Notes under the pieces: model-generated
Told to the model about the DNA's origin: nothing
Database searches by the model: none
Seen by the model: the letters and a program-made list of their open reading frames with translations, nothing else
Assembly (NCBI GenBank): GCA_944391805.1
Contig: CALXUY010000093.1
Coordinates: 4,688-68,687, forward strand
From: an uncultured Clostridia bacterium
GTDB lineage: Bacteria > Bacillota > Clostridia > Oscillospirales > CAG-272
Direction: 5' to 3'
Length of the DNA: 64,000 bases
Program-made: the position numbers and the translations under genes
Shown here: positions 1 to 8,809 of the stretch, one piece after another
Layout of the letters: the number at the start of each line of letters is the position of its first letter
Numbering within the stretch: the first letter of the stretch is position 1

Positions 1-396
1 GGCGGTCTGACGCAGACCCCGAAAAAGATGATCACCGGGGGACCGATGATGGGGTACGCGCTCTGGGACCCCGAAACGCCGGTGGTCAAGAGCACCTCGG
101 GCATTCTGCTGTTTTCGGAGGCATACGACCGCATCAACACGCTGCACTCGCCCTGCATCCACTGCGGCAGGTGCGTGGCGCACTGCCCGATGCACCTGAT
201 GCCGAACTACCTCGCGCAATATGCCATGGCGCGGGACTACGACCGTGCGCAGGAGATGGATGTGATGAGCTGCGTGGAGTGCGGAACCTGCTCCTACAAC
301 TGCCCGGCCGGCGTGGAGATTGTGCAGTACATCCGGGTAGCCAAGGGCGCCATCCGCGCCAAGGCCGCGGCCCTGAAGGCCGCCCGGCAGGCATGA
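1..396 (+). CDS. rnfC: Rnf complex subunit C, C-terminal fragment (5' end outside window)
   Basis: The frame is open from base 1. Two 4Fe-4S motifs are present (CIHCGRCVAHCP, CVECGTCSYNCP). It is followed by rnfD-G-E-A-B. Confidence 0.85.
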   Translation, partial: GGLTQTPKKMITGGPMMGYALWDPETPVVKSTSGILLFSEAYDRINTLHSPCIHCGRCVAHCPMHLMPNYLAQYAMARDYDRAQEMDVMSCVECGTCSYNCPAGVEIVQYIRVAKGAIRAKAAALKAARQA

Positions 397-442
397 GGCG
401 GGGCGCCCGGAACCGATCCGGCATTCCGGCTGTGCCATATAC

Positions 443-524
443 CCCTTTTTGAAAGTTTTTTGAAGATTCTTAAGAAACTTTTTTCAAAAAAGTTTCTTCA
501 GTGGAGTTTGAGGCAAAGCCTCAA
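443..524. repeat. Nested palindromes/hairpins in the rnfC-rnfD spacer (GAAACTTTTTTC / GAAAAAAGTTTC; TTGAGGC-AAA-GCCTCAA)
   Basis: Palindrome AAGAAACTTTTTT-C-AAAAAAGTTTCTT at 472-498 and a 7-bp stem at 508-524, read directly from the sequence. Confidence 0.5.
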
Positions 525-571
525 GGTCTTTTGCCGCTGATATGATTTATGAAATGTAAAGAGGTACATCT

Positions 572-1645
572 ATGAACCAGACCAATCCGCAGGCAGCGCC
601 CATGCCGGAGCTGCTGACCGTTTCTCCTTCTCCGCACGCGAGGCGGGGGGTGACCACCACCCGCCTGATGATCGACGTGCTGATTGCGCTGGCGCCAGCA
701 ACCCTCTGGGGCGTGGCGGCCTTTGGTCCCCGCGCGGCGCTGGTGCTGCTGCTCTCGGTCGCGTCGGCGGTGCTCTTTGAGCTGCTCGCGCAGAAGCTGC
801 TGCGTCGTCCCGTGACCGTGCGCGACTGCTCGGCCGCCGTGACCGGCCTCTTGCTGGGGCTGAATCTCTCGCCCGACGTGCCGCTCTATATCCCGGTCGT
901 CGGCGCGGCCTTTGCCATTGTTGTGGTCAAGCAGCTCTTCGGGGGCATCGGCAAGAACGTGATGAACCCGGCGCTGGCAGCGCGTGTGTTTCTGATGCTG
1001 GCGTGGACCAGCGGCATGACGCAGTTTTCCGAGCCGTTCGCCTATCTCTCGTCCGGGAGCGTGGACGCGGTTGCCTCGGCAACCCCGCTGGCCTCCCTGA
1101 AGGTGGGCGTGATGCCGACGGAATCTCTGGCCGATCTCTTTCTTGGGAAAACCGCGGGCTGTATCGGCGAGGTTTCCACGCTGCTGCTGTTGGTGGGCGG
1201 AATCTATCTGCTGGCGCGACGGGTGATCGGCTGGCAGATTCCGGTTTCCTTTCTCGGCACCGTGGCGCTGCTCACCTTTGTGTTCCCGCAGGGAGGTGCC
1301 GACCGGCTCTCCTTCATGGCGGCCTCTCTCTGCAGCGGCGGACTGGTGCTGGGCGCCGTCTTTATGGCGACCGATTATGTCACCTCTCCCGTCACCGGGG
1401 CCGGCCGGCTGATTTACGGCTGCGGCTGCGGTCTGCTGGTGGTGTTCATCCGCTATTTCGGGGGATATCCGGAGGGGGTGTCCTTTGCGATTCTCATTAT
1501 GAACGCGCTGGTCTGGTATCTCGATATGCTCACCAAGCCCCGCGTTTACGGCAAAAGCCGCGGCAAGCGCCGCGAACAAAATGGCGGCGGCACGCGCAAA
1601 AACCGGCGCGGCGATGACCGCAAGGAAGGAGGGCAGGGCGCATGA
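572..1645 (+). CDS. rnfD: Rnf complex subunit D (NqrB/RnfD family membrane protein)
   Basis: Polytopic membrane protein with an RnfD-like N-terminus (SPSPHARRGVTTTRLMIDVLIALAP). SD AAGAGG lies 8 nt upstream. The stop overlaps the rnfG start (ATGA). Confidence 0.9.
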   Translation: MNQTNPQAAPMPELLTVSPSPHARRGVTTTRLMIDVLIALAPATLWGVAAFGPRAALVLLLSVASAVLFELLAQKLLRRPVTVRDCSAAVTGLLLGLNLSPDVPLYIPVVGAAFAIVVVKQLFGGIGKNVMNPALAARVFLMLAWTSGMTQFSEPFAYLSSGSVDAVASATPLASLKVGVMPTESLADLFLGKTAGCIGEVSTLLLLVGGIYLLARRVIGWQIPVSFLGTVALLTFVFPQGGADRLSFMAASLCSGGLVLGAVFMATDYVTSPVTGAGRLIYGCGCGLLVVFIRYFGGYPEGVSFAILIMNALVWYLDMLTKPRVYGKSRGKRREQNGGGTRKNRRGDDRKEGGQGA

Positions 1646-2217
1646 GGCGCAAGGAAACATCAAAGCCGGCGCGTCCTGTGCTGGAGGCGCTGGGCGTCGG
1701 TGCGCGGCTGCTCATTGTCTGCGCCGTGGTGGCGGCGGTGGTTTCGGGTGTCCATGCGATGACCGACAGCCGCTATCAGCAGAACCTGACCGAGGAAAAG
1801 CGGCAGGCCATCGTCCGCATCTTCGGCTCGGAAACCATTACCTACCGCACGCTGAGCGGGGAGGGGGACGCCGAACCGGTCTATGAGGTGCTTGAGGGAG
1901 AGAACGTGGTCGGCTATTGCGTGGAGCTTGCCAGTCCGGGCTTTGGCGGGGACATCTCCATGACGGTTGGCTTTGAGGCCGACGGGAAGATCTTGGGCGT
2001 GAGCATTGTGTCGCTGAGCGAAACGCCGGGGCTTGGCTCCCGGGTGCAGGAGGCGGCCTATCTGGATCAGTATAAGGGACAGAGCGGCACGCTGACGCTC
2101 GGAGAGGATGTCGACGCGATTGCGGGCGCCACGGTCAGCTCCCGCGCAGTGCTGAACGGCGTCAACCGTGCCGTTGAAATTCTGAACCGGACCGTGAAGG
2201 GAGGGGAAGCGCAGTGA
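1642..2217 (+). CDS. rnfG: Rnf complex subunit G (FMN-binding)
   Basis: N-terminal TM segment plus FMN_bind-like motifs (SETPGLGSRV, AIAGATVSSRAV). ATGA overlap with rnfD. Confidence 0.85.
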   Translation: MRRKETSKPARPVLEALGVGARLLIVCAVVAAVVSGVHAMTDSRYQQNLTEEKRQAIVRIFGSETITYRTLSGEGDAEPVYEVLEGENVVGYCVELASPGFGGDISMTVGFEADGKILGVSIVSLSETPGLGSRVQEAAYLDQYKGQSGTLTLGEDVDAIAGATVSSRAVLNGVNRAVEILNRTVKGGEAQ

Positions 2218-3020
2218 ACCGATACATCAAACAGCTCAAGGAGGGGATTCTCGACCAGAACCCCACGCTGGTCCAGCTATTGGGCATGTGCCCCACGCTG
2301 GCAACCACCACTTCGCTCGAGAACGCCTTTGGCATGGGCATGGCCGCCACGGCGGTGCTCATCTGCTCCAATGTGTTCATCTCGCTGCTGCGCAAATTCA
2401 TCCCCCGGCAGGTGCGCATTGCCGCCTATATCGTCATCGTTTCGGGCTTTGTCACGGCGGTGGAGCTGCTGATGCGGGCCTATCTCTACTCGCTCTATCA
2501 GGCGCTGGGGCTGTTCATTCCGCTGATCGTGGTCAACTGCATCATCCTCGCCCGTGCCGAGGCGTTCGCTTCCAAGAACAAGGTGCTGCCAAGCGCAATG
2601 GACGGCCTTGCCATGGGGCTGGGCTTCACCTTTGCGCTCTGCATTCTCGGGACCGTGCGCGAGCTGCTCGGCTCGGGCTCGGTGCTGGGCTTCCGTGTGC
2701 TGCCCGAAGCGTACCCGGAGATGGTGGTGTTCCTGCTGCCCCCCGGCGCGTTCCTCACGCTGGGCTTTGTGATTGCCGCGGTGCAGAAGCTGCGCGGCAT
2801 GAGCGAGGAGCGCAGGCGCAGACGCGCCGGCTCCGGGGCAAGGCAGAGCGCGGAGCCTGCGGCCGCCGGAACCGAACCGGCTGCGGATGCGGCCGTCATC
2901 TCCGCCTCGGGCGCCGCAATTTCCGGGGTACCCGGAGATGCGGCTCCGGCTGCCGGATCGCCTGACGCGGACACTCCAGAGCGGCAGGCAGCCGACCGGA
3001 AGGAGGACAACAAGACATGA
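2214..3020 (+). CDS. rnfE: Rnf complex subunit E with an Ala/Pro-rich C-terminal tail
   Basis: QNPTLVQLLGMCPTLATTTSLENAFGMG signature. The GTG start overlaps the rnfG stop (GTGA). About 65 aa of low-complexity tail follow the last TM segment. Confidence 0.9.
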   Translation: MNRYIKQLKEGILDQNPTLVQLLGMCPTLATTTSLENAFGMGMAATAVLICSNVFISLLRKFIPRQVRIAAYIVIVSGFVTAVELLMRAYLYSLYQALGLFIPLIVVNCIILARAEAFASKNKVLPSAMDGLAMGLGFTFALCILGTVRELLGSGSVLGFRVLPEAYPEMVVFLLPPGAFLTLGFVIAAVQKLRGMSEERRRRRAGSGARQSAEPAAAGTEPAADAAVISASGAAISGVPGDAAPAAGSPDADTPERQAADRKEDNKT

Positions 3021-3601
3021 ATTTTACCGACATTCTGCTGCTGATGTTCTCGGCCGTGCTGGTGGAAAACTTCATTTTTTCCCGGTTTTACGGCTGCTGC
3101 CCCTTCCTCGGCGTCTCCGAAAAGCCGGATACCGCGCTGGGCATGGGAATGGCTGTCACCTTCGTCATGACGGTCTCGGGCGCCGCGACATGGGCGGTTT
3201 ACCGCTACCTGCTGGTGCCCTTCGGTCTGGAATATCTGCAGACCGTGGCGTTTATTCTGGTCATTGCGGCACTGGTGCAGTTCATTGAGATGTTCCTGCG
3301 CCGCTTCATTCCGGCGCTCTACAGCGCGCTGGGTATTTATCTGCCCCTGATCACCACCAACTGCGCGGTGCTCAGCTCGGCACTGCTGATTGTGCAGGAG
3401 GATTACAGCTTCCTCGAGGCGGTCTGCTTCGGCTTCTCGGCCGCGCTCGGCTTTACGCTGGCCATCACGGTGTTCGCCGGTCTGCGTGCCCGCATGGCGT
3501 ATGCCGACCCGCCCCGCGCCTTCAAGGGCTTTCCGATCACGCTCATTGCGGCGGGGCTGCTGGCCATGGCATTCTCCTGCTTCTCGGGCGTGCAGCTCTG
3601 A
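3017..3601 (+). CDS. rnfA: Rnf complex subunit A
   Basis: LVENFIFSRFYGCCPFLGVS and LPLITTNCAVL motifs. ATGA overlap with rnfE. SD GGAGGA. Confidence 0.9.
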   Translation: MNFTDILLLMFSAVLVENFIFSRFYGCCPFLGVSEKPDTALGMGMAVTFVMTVSGAATWAVYRYLLVPFGLEYLQTVAFILVIAALVQFIEMFLRRFIPALYSALGIYLPLITTNCAVLSSALLIVQEDYSFLEAVCFGFSAALGFTLAITVFAGLRARMAYADPPRAFKGFPITLIAAGLLAMAFSCFSGVQL

Positions 3602-3621
3602 GGCGGAAAGGGGAGGTGGAT

Positions 3622-4416
3622 ATGGAACTGACAGAGATTCTGATTCCGGTCGGCATTTTCGCGGCGCTGGGGATTGTGCTGGGCATTCTGCTGGCGGTCG
3701 CGTCCCGGTTGTTTGCGGTCAAAACCGATGAGCGCGTCGGACAGATCACCGAGGCGCTGCCCGGCGCCAACTGCGGCGGCTGCGGCTACAGCGGCTGCGC
3801 CGCGCTGGCCGAGGCGATTGTCAAAGGTGAAGCTCCGGCCAATGCGTGCCGCGCGGGGGGAGAGAGCTGCGCCAAACGCATCGGGGAGATTATGGGTGTG
3901 GCGGTGCGCGCACAAACGCCGGTCCGTGCGCGTGTGCTCTGTTCGGGCGGCTGCGGCAGGGCAAAGGAAAAATGCCGCTGCGAGGGCGTGCAGGACTGCA
4001 TTGCCGCCGACCGGATGTGCGGGGGCGGCAAGGTCTGCTCGTCCGGCTGCATGGGACTTGGGAGCTGTGTGGAGGCCTGCCGCTACGACGCGCTGCATGT
4101 GGTGGACGGTGTTGCGGCAGTGGACCCCGCGAAATGCACCGGCTGCGGCGCATGCGTGCAGATCTGCCCCAAGCATCTGATTGCGCTGGTCCCAGTGACC
4201 GCGCGCTACCTTGTGGATTGCAGCTCGCATGAGCCGGGCGCGCAGACACGGGCGGCCTGCGACGTTGGCTGCATCGGGTGCCGGATCTGCGAGAAGAACT
4301 GCCCCGCGGACGCCGTGCATGTGGTGAACAACTGCGCGGTGATCGACTACGAAAAATGCACCGCCTGTGGGCTTTGCGCATCCAAATGCCCGCGCAAGGT
4401 GATTGTGCGGATATAG
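3622..4416 (+). CDS. rnfB: Rnf complex subunit B (polyferredoxin)
   Basis: N-terminal TM segment, LPGANCGGCGYSGC motif and several CxxCxxCxxxCP clusters. ATG 3622 is preferred over the track's GTG 3616 because SD GGAGG lies 5 nt upstream. Confidence 0.88.
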   Translation: MELTEILIPVGIFAALGIVLGILLAVASRLFAVKTDERVGQITEALPGANCGGCGYSGCAALAEAIVKGEAPANACRAGGESCAKRIGEIMGVAVRAQTPVRARVLCSGGCGRAKEKCRCEGVQDCIAADRMCGGGKVCSSGCMGLGSCVEACRYDALHVVDGVAAVDPAKCTGCGACVQICPKHLIALVPVTARYLVDCSSHEPGAQTRAACDVGCIGCRICEKNCPADAVHVVNNCAVIDYEKCTACGLCASKCPRKVIVRI

Positions 4417-4436
4417 AGAGAAGACCTCGAAAAGTA

Positions 4437-4599
4437 GAGGAAAGGAAAGACCTCGGAGGGAGGGCGCCTCTTGAAAGAGGCGCCCTCCCTCCGAGCCTCC
4501 CTCCTCCGAGAACTTCCCCGGCACAGGCTCCCGTTTTTCCGGACGGGCATCAAAAAAACGGGGGGACTGGAGCCCGCGCCGGGGAAGCCCCGTTCGGGT
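4437..4599 (+). repeat. Structured intergenic repeat, copy A (two-hairpin element, ~160 nt); probably also the rnf operon terminator
   Basis: Perfect 20-bp stem at 4452-4471/4476-4495 with loop TGAA. A second stem pairs CTTCCCCGGC (4513-4522) with GCCGGGGAAG (4579-4588). A T-tract follows at 4604-4611. Homologous copies are at 35871-36029 and 36301-36470. Confidence 0.65.
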
Positions 4600-4709
4600 G
4601 ATGCGTTTTTTAGGATGTATCAGACTGCGCCCGGCAGGGCCGGGTAGTGGGGTGATTTTTATATAGACAATACCGTACATGCATTAAAAATATAGAAGGG
4701 AGATTTTGT

Positions 4710-5840
4710 ATGGCAACCTTTTCGGCATTGTTGGAGAACATCAGACATCTTGAGAAGCATTCGGAAAAAGCGCAGTTTTTGGCGGTTGTGCTGAATGCTT
4801 TTCAGAACAAAAAAACCAAGCTTTCCAAAGAGGACCAGAATGAACTGACCGAATTTGCATTTTCGGAGTTCAGGCGTTTGATCAGTATCCTTCCAACCGT
4901 CAAATCGTATCGGGAAAAAGATGAGATTTTCGGGTATGCGGATCAGATGTACGGCATTATCATGCTTTGTTACGCAAAGCCGGATGAAATTGCCGAGGAG
5001 GACATGAATACGCTCAGGACCCTTCGGAAGATGATCGACAAAGAACGGTTTGTTGAGAACGCCATTGACGATATTTTCGGTCAGGGAAACAATGGGAAGG
5101 ATGATGTTGAACGCTTGCTGTGCGCGTTGACGCCTTTGAAGGATGAATATCAAAAAGGGCAGCTTTATCAAGGCATGCTGCACTATCAACAGAACATCAG
5201 GAACCTTCCCGCCGATTCCAAAGCGTTATTCGCCGACTATATTTCTTCGGAGATCAAGCGGTATCTGGATTCGGAACCGGAGGATGATATGGTCAACAAT
5301 CTGGAGCTTGCGTGTGATGTGTCCAGATATTTGATCAACGATACTTTGATTTCTCTTTTGAAGGATGTTCTGAAGCTCGGCAGAACGAATGTCAGTTACT
5401 ATGCGGCGGCCACCTTGTTGGACGCCGGACAAAGCGTTTCTTCCGATGTCATCGCGATGCTTGCCGAAGATTTGGAGTATGCCGCTCTGACATATGAGCT
5501 TTTGAAAAAACACGGATTGACCGGATGCTTCCCTGCGGAATTTGCATCACCCGAATATCTTGCAAAGAGCGATATGGTGCATTGGTTGACATACCCCACC
5601 GAGCTTGGGAAACAACCGGATCGGATCGAGTATCTCGGAAAAGTGAAAAAGAAGGAAGAATACTATATTTTCCGCTTTGTCTCCCACAGCGATACGCTTG
5701 ACGACGAGACCAAAGGGAAGTGGCTGATCGGTTGGTCGTCTGAAGAAGGCGGCACCTTCAGCAATTTTGATTTGTACGAAGACTATGCGCAGGATACCGT
5801 TGAAAAAACGCTGAAGGCCATTAAAAAGAAGATATTATAA
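4710..5840 (+). CDS. Hypothetical protein (376 aa, helical-repeat-like, no recognised domain)
   Basis: Long ORF with SD GAAGGGAG 8 nt upstream. Codon usage is clearly AT-richer than the flanks. No motif was recognised. Confidence 0.6.
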   Translation: MATFSALLENIRHLEKHSEKAQFLAVVLNAFQNKKTKLSKEDQNELTEFAFSEFRRLISILPTVKSYREKDEIFGYADQMYGIIMLCYAKPDEIAEEDMNTLRTLRKMIDKERFVENAIDDIFGQGNNGKDDVERLLCALTPLKDEYQKGQLYQGMLHYQQNIRNLPADSKALFADYISSEIKRYLDSEPEDDMVNNLELACDVSRYLINDTLISLLKDVLKLGRTNVSYYAAATLLDAGQSVSSDVIAMLAEDLEYAALTYELLKKHGLTGCFPAEFASPEYLAKSDMVHWLTYPTELGKQPDRIEYLGKVKKKEEYYIFRFVSHSDTLDDETKGKWLIGWSSEEGGTFSNFDLYEDYAQDTVEKTLKAIKKKIL

Positions 5841-5848
5841 TACATGCC

Positions 5849-5896
5849 GCAGGGGCCGGCTCAAAGCATGCATACGCGCTTTGAGCCGGCCCCTGC
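5849..5896. terminator. Bidirectional hairpin between convergent genes
   Basis: Perfect 19-bp stem: GCAGGGGCCGGCTCAAAGC (5849-5867) pairs with 5878-5896, with a 10-nt loop. Confidence 0.6.
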
Positions 5897-6015
5897 CAAT
5901 CCCTGTATCGCCAAGGCACAAGGCCAGTGATGTGACGCTCATGCCGGTTGCCGCAGGAAAAAGAAGGTTTGTAAATCCATCTCTGTTTCAAAAAGTGCCT
6001 GCCTGCTCCGTCCGG

Positions 6016-8058
6016 TCAGCGTTTGCCGGTCTGCCCGGATTTGCTCCAGACCAGGCTGCCTTCAATTTTATCCGGCCGGAGCCAGGCGTAATCGGAAAAT
6101 TCAAACAGCGAGAACTGCCACTCTTCGGGGTAGCTGTCGAGGTAGCAGAAGATTTTGTGCAGAATCTCTTTTTGCTGCCGGTCGGTTCCTCCTGAAAACT
6201 GAATCAGAAAGACGCTGGTGAAAAAGGTCTCGCTGATGGTTTTTCTCAGAAGATAGATGTTCTGAATCCGGTCGTCGGACACAGAGTGAATATACCCAAG
6301 AATCTTCTCCAGCATTCCGTCCGGCATATGCTCCTTTTCAAGCCGGTCATGCTTGGTCAGGTAGTTGGCATGGCTGGTTTCGTCCATGTTCTTCTGGCCC
6401 AGCCGCGCGGCGCGCTCCCGGTAATCCGAGAGCTCGGCCTCTCTGCCGGTATAGCAGCAGAACGCGCCGACAACATCCAGCCCCTCATCGAGAAAGTTGG
6501 AATTTTTTTCAATGGCGCGGTAGACGTATTCCATGCCTTTTTCATCAAAACGGTGCAGCAGGGAACAGCCCTTCATATAGCTGGCATACAGCGAGGATGC
6601 TTCGGGCAGCTCGGCAATGGCTCTGTCACATACCGCCTCGGCTTCTTCGTTTCTTCCGAGCAGCCGCAGGTCGGCAATGACATCGGCGTAATCTTCGGCG
6701 GAAATCGGCTTGCCTGCGGCGGTCCACGTCTCTATATGCTTCAGGGGAGCCAGATAATTCTCCTCTCTGTCGGTCTCGTAGGAGGTCTTTCTCCGCTCGC
6801 AGAGCACGGCTTCGGCAGTATCCAGTGCTTTCCGAATTTCCTGGTCGTAGGCTGCCGACCCGCTGCTTTGCAGCGTTTTCAGCTCGGTTACGCCCAAGGC
6901 CTCCAGGCGCATTTTCAGCGTGGGGTGGGAGGCGTTGTTGGCCAGAATTTCTTTCCACACCAGCGCGTTCCAAGCGCCCTGCCGCTCCCCGATTGCTTTT
7001 TGGAAGTCCGCAATCCGATTGGCCAAGAAATCGGGCGTGGGGGATTCGGCTTTGAGGAGCGGTTCTTCGTCCTTCACGCCGCTCTCCCAGAGATACATGT
7101 TGTCATAGTAGAGCTTGAGCAGAGCGGACGCGGCGGCCTCGGTGCTTCCGTAGGCTGCCATCGCACGGTCGGCCTCCTGCTCTTGAATCACGGCTGTCGC
7201 ATATTCATAAACCATATGCTGAAAAATGTAGCGAAAATCAAAAAAGGAATACAGATTGCCTACGAAGCGCAGCAGCCACGGATGCTCCGACTGCGCGTTG
7301 GTCAGCCAGTTCAGATAGCGGTTTTCATAGTGCGCATCGCGGTTCGCTTCGGAGGCATGTGAGAACTCATGCAGCAGGACACAGAACAGCTCATCCTGCG
7401 ACATCACATGCAGCAGCACAATGCCAAGCTGCAAAAGGCATCTGCCTTTTTCCATGACGATGCCGGCGTTGCAGTCGAATGTGAGCAGAATGACAATTTC
7501 GTCCCGACAGCCAACCAGCCCGGCGGCGCGATGCGCGGCCGAATAGAGCTGGGGGTAATCCTGTTCGGTCAGGCAAATGACGTCCTCCTCATCCAGTCGC
7601 TGCTTTTTTTCGCGATGTATCCGGCTGTAAACAGCATAAAAAACCACGGCTGACCAGAGCAGGAGCAGCGCCCACAGCAGATTGCTCACTTCGCGTGCGA
7701 CGCCTGCAAACACCGCGATTGCGGCTGCCAGAAGCCACAGAAGAACCGTATAGGCAACGGTCAGGCGGCGGATCCGCCTGAGCTGCCGGAGCTTTGCGGC
7801 GGCGGTTTGCGCGGCGTGCTCCCGATGCCGCAGCATGTATTGCCGCATGCTTGCAATGCTGGTGCGTTGGAGGCGTTTGAGATAACTCCTGCCCCAGATC
7901 AGATTGAAGATCAGCAAAAGGAGCGGACATACCGACAAAAATATCAGGATCCCGAGAATCCGGATGTCGTTTATCCAGCCCCCGGGTGCAAAAAGGCCTG
8001 CAATCGACAGTGCCAGGGCGGTCAGAAAGGACGGAATACAGCGCACATATCGCTTCAT
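6016..8058 (-). CDS. Membrane-anchored HExxH zinc metallopeptidase (M48/M56-like) with a long helical-repeat C-terminal region
   Basis: N-terminal TM segments, HEFSH motif (LLHEFSHASE) and a TPR-like helical region. SD GAGGTG 7 nt upstream. Confidence 0.55.
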   Translation of the reverse strand: MKRYVRCIPSFLTALALSIAGLFAPGGWINDIRILGILIFLSVCPLLLLIFNLIWGRSYLKRLQRTSIASMRQYMLRHREHAAQTAAAKLRQLRRIRRLTVAYTVLLWLLAAAIAVFAGVAREVSNLLWALLLLWSAVVFYAVYSRIHREKKQRLDEEDVICLTEQDYPQLYSAAHRAAGLVGCRDEIVILLTFDCNAGIVMEKGRCLLQLGIVLLHVMSQDELFCVLLHEFSHASEANRDAHYENRYLNWLTNAQSEHPWLLRFVGNLYSFFDFRYIFQHMVYEYATAVIQEQEADRAMAAYGSTEAAASALLKLYYDNMYLWESGVKDEEPLLKAESPTPDFLANRIADFQKAIGERQGAWNALVWKEILANNASHPTLKMRLEALGVTELKTLQSSGSAAYDQEIRKALDTAEAVLCERRKTSYETDREENYLAPLKHIETWTAAGKPISAEDYADVIADLRLLGRNEEAEAVCDRAIAELPEASSLYASYMKGCSLLHRFDEKGMEYVYRAIEKNSNFLDEGLDVVGAFCCYTGREAELSDYRERAARLGQKNMDETSHANYLTKHDRLEKEHMPDGMLEKILGYIHSVSDDRIQNIYLLRKTISETFFTSVFLIQFSGGTDRQQKEILHKIFCYLDSYPEEWQFSLFEFSDYAWLRPDKIEGSLVWSKSGQTGKR

Positions 8059-8188
8059 GTGAAAGCACCTCGCAATGATAGGGGAATGTGGATGTCGGGC
8101 ATATAAATTGAAGCACCCCCATCCGGGAATAATATGCCTGATAGGGATGCTTTGGTTCCGACCGGCGGCTGGCCGACCGGCCGGAACC

Positions 8189-8809
8189 TTATGGCTGCGG
8201 CTCCTCGGTAATCATGTGCGCCAGCGCGTGAGCCGCGGCCTTGAGATTGACCCAGGAGGTGTTGATGCAGAAATCGTAGTTCGCCGGCCGGCCCCAGACA
8301 TGCCCGGTGTAGTACCGGTAGTATTTGGCGCGGTTGCGGTCCACCCGGAGAATTTTCTTTTTCAGCTCCTTGTCGGTCAGCGCTTCATCCTCGGGCGCCT
8401 TTTTGCGGCAGCGCTCCATGCGGGAGTCCATGTCGGCATATACGAACAGACGGAAGGGCTTGAACTCCCGCAGGATGTGGTCGGCACAGCGGCCGACGAT
8501 CACACAGTCAGATTTTTCGGCCATCTCCCGGATGGTGTTGACCTGCTCGGTGTAAACCGACGTGTGCTGGTGCAGCAGATAGTCCGGAGCCGTATTGTGC
8601 AGCGTGCGGCCGATGGTGATGGGGAAGAAGTAATTCGGCCGGTGCTCGAGAATCTGCTGGATATAGCTCTCGGCAAGCTGCGTGCGTGCGGCAATCTCCC
8701 GGATGATGTCCTTGTCGTAATAGGGGCAGCCCAGCTCGTCTGCCAGACGCTTGCCCAGCTCCCGCCCGCCGCTTCCGAATTGCCGCCCTACGGTAATAAT
8801 TCTGTTCAT
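8189..8809 (-). CDS. Cytidylate kinase-like family protein
   Basis: MNRIITVGRQFGSGGRELGKRLADELGCPYYDKD P-loop-like N-terminus. ATG 8809 is chosen because SD AGGAGG lies 7 nt upstream; the track start 8836 has none. Confidence 0.75.
   Translation of the reverse strand: MNRIITVGRQFGSGGRELGKRLADELGCPYYDKDIIREIAARTQLAESYIQQILEHRPNYFFPITIGRTLHNTAPDYLLHQHTSVYTEQVNTIREMAEKSDCVIVGRCADHILREFKPFRLFVYADMDSRMERCRKKAPEDEALTDKELKKKILRVDRNRAKYYRYYTGHVWGRPANYDFCINTSWVNLKAAAHALAHMITEEPQP

Noticed and set aside
521-1663. 380-aa ORF on the minus strand
   Set aside because: It is fully antisense to rnfD. The composition is Arg/His/Gly/Gln-rich with no SD or motif, which is the typical open antisense frame of high-GC coding DNA.
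3403-4680. 425-aa ORF on the minus strand
   Set aside because: It is antisense to rnfA/rnfB and runs through the structured repeat. It is Arg/Ala/Pro/Gly-rich with no recognisable domain.
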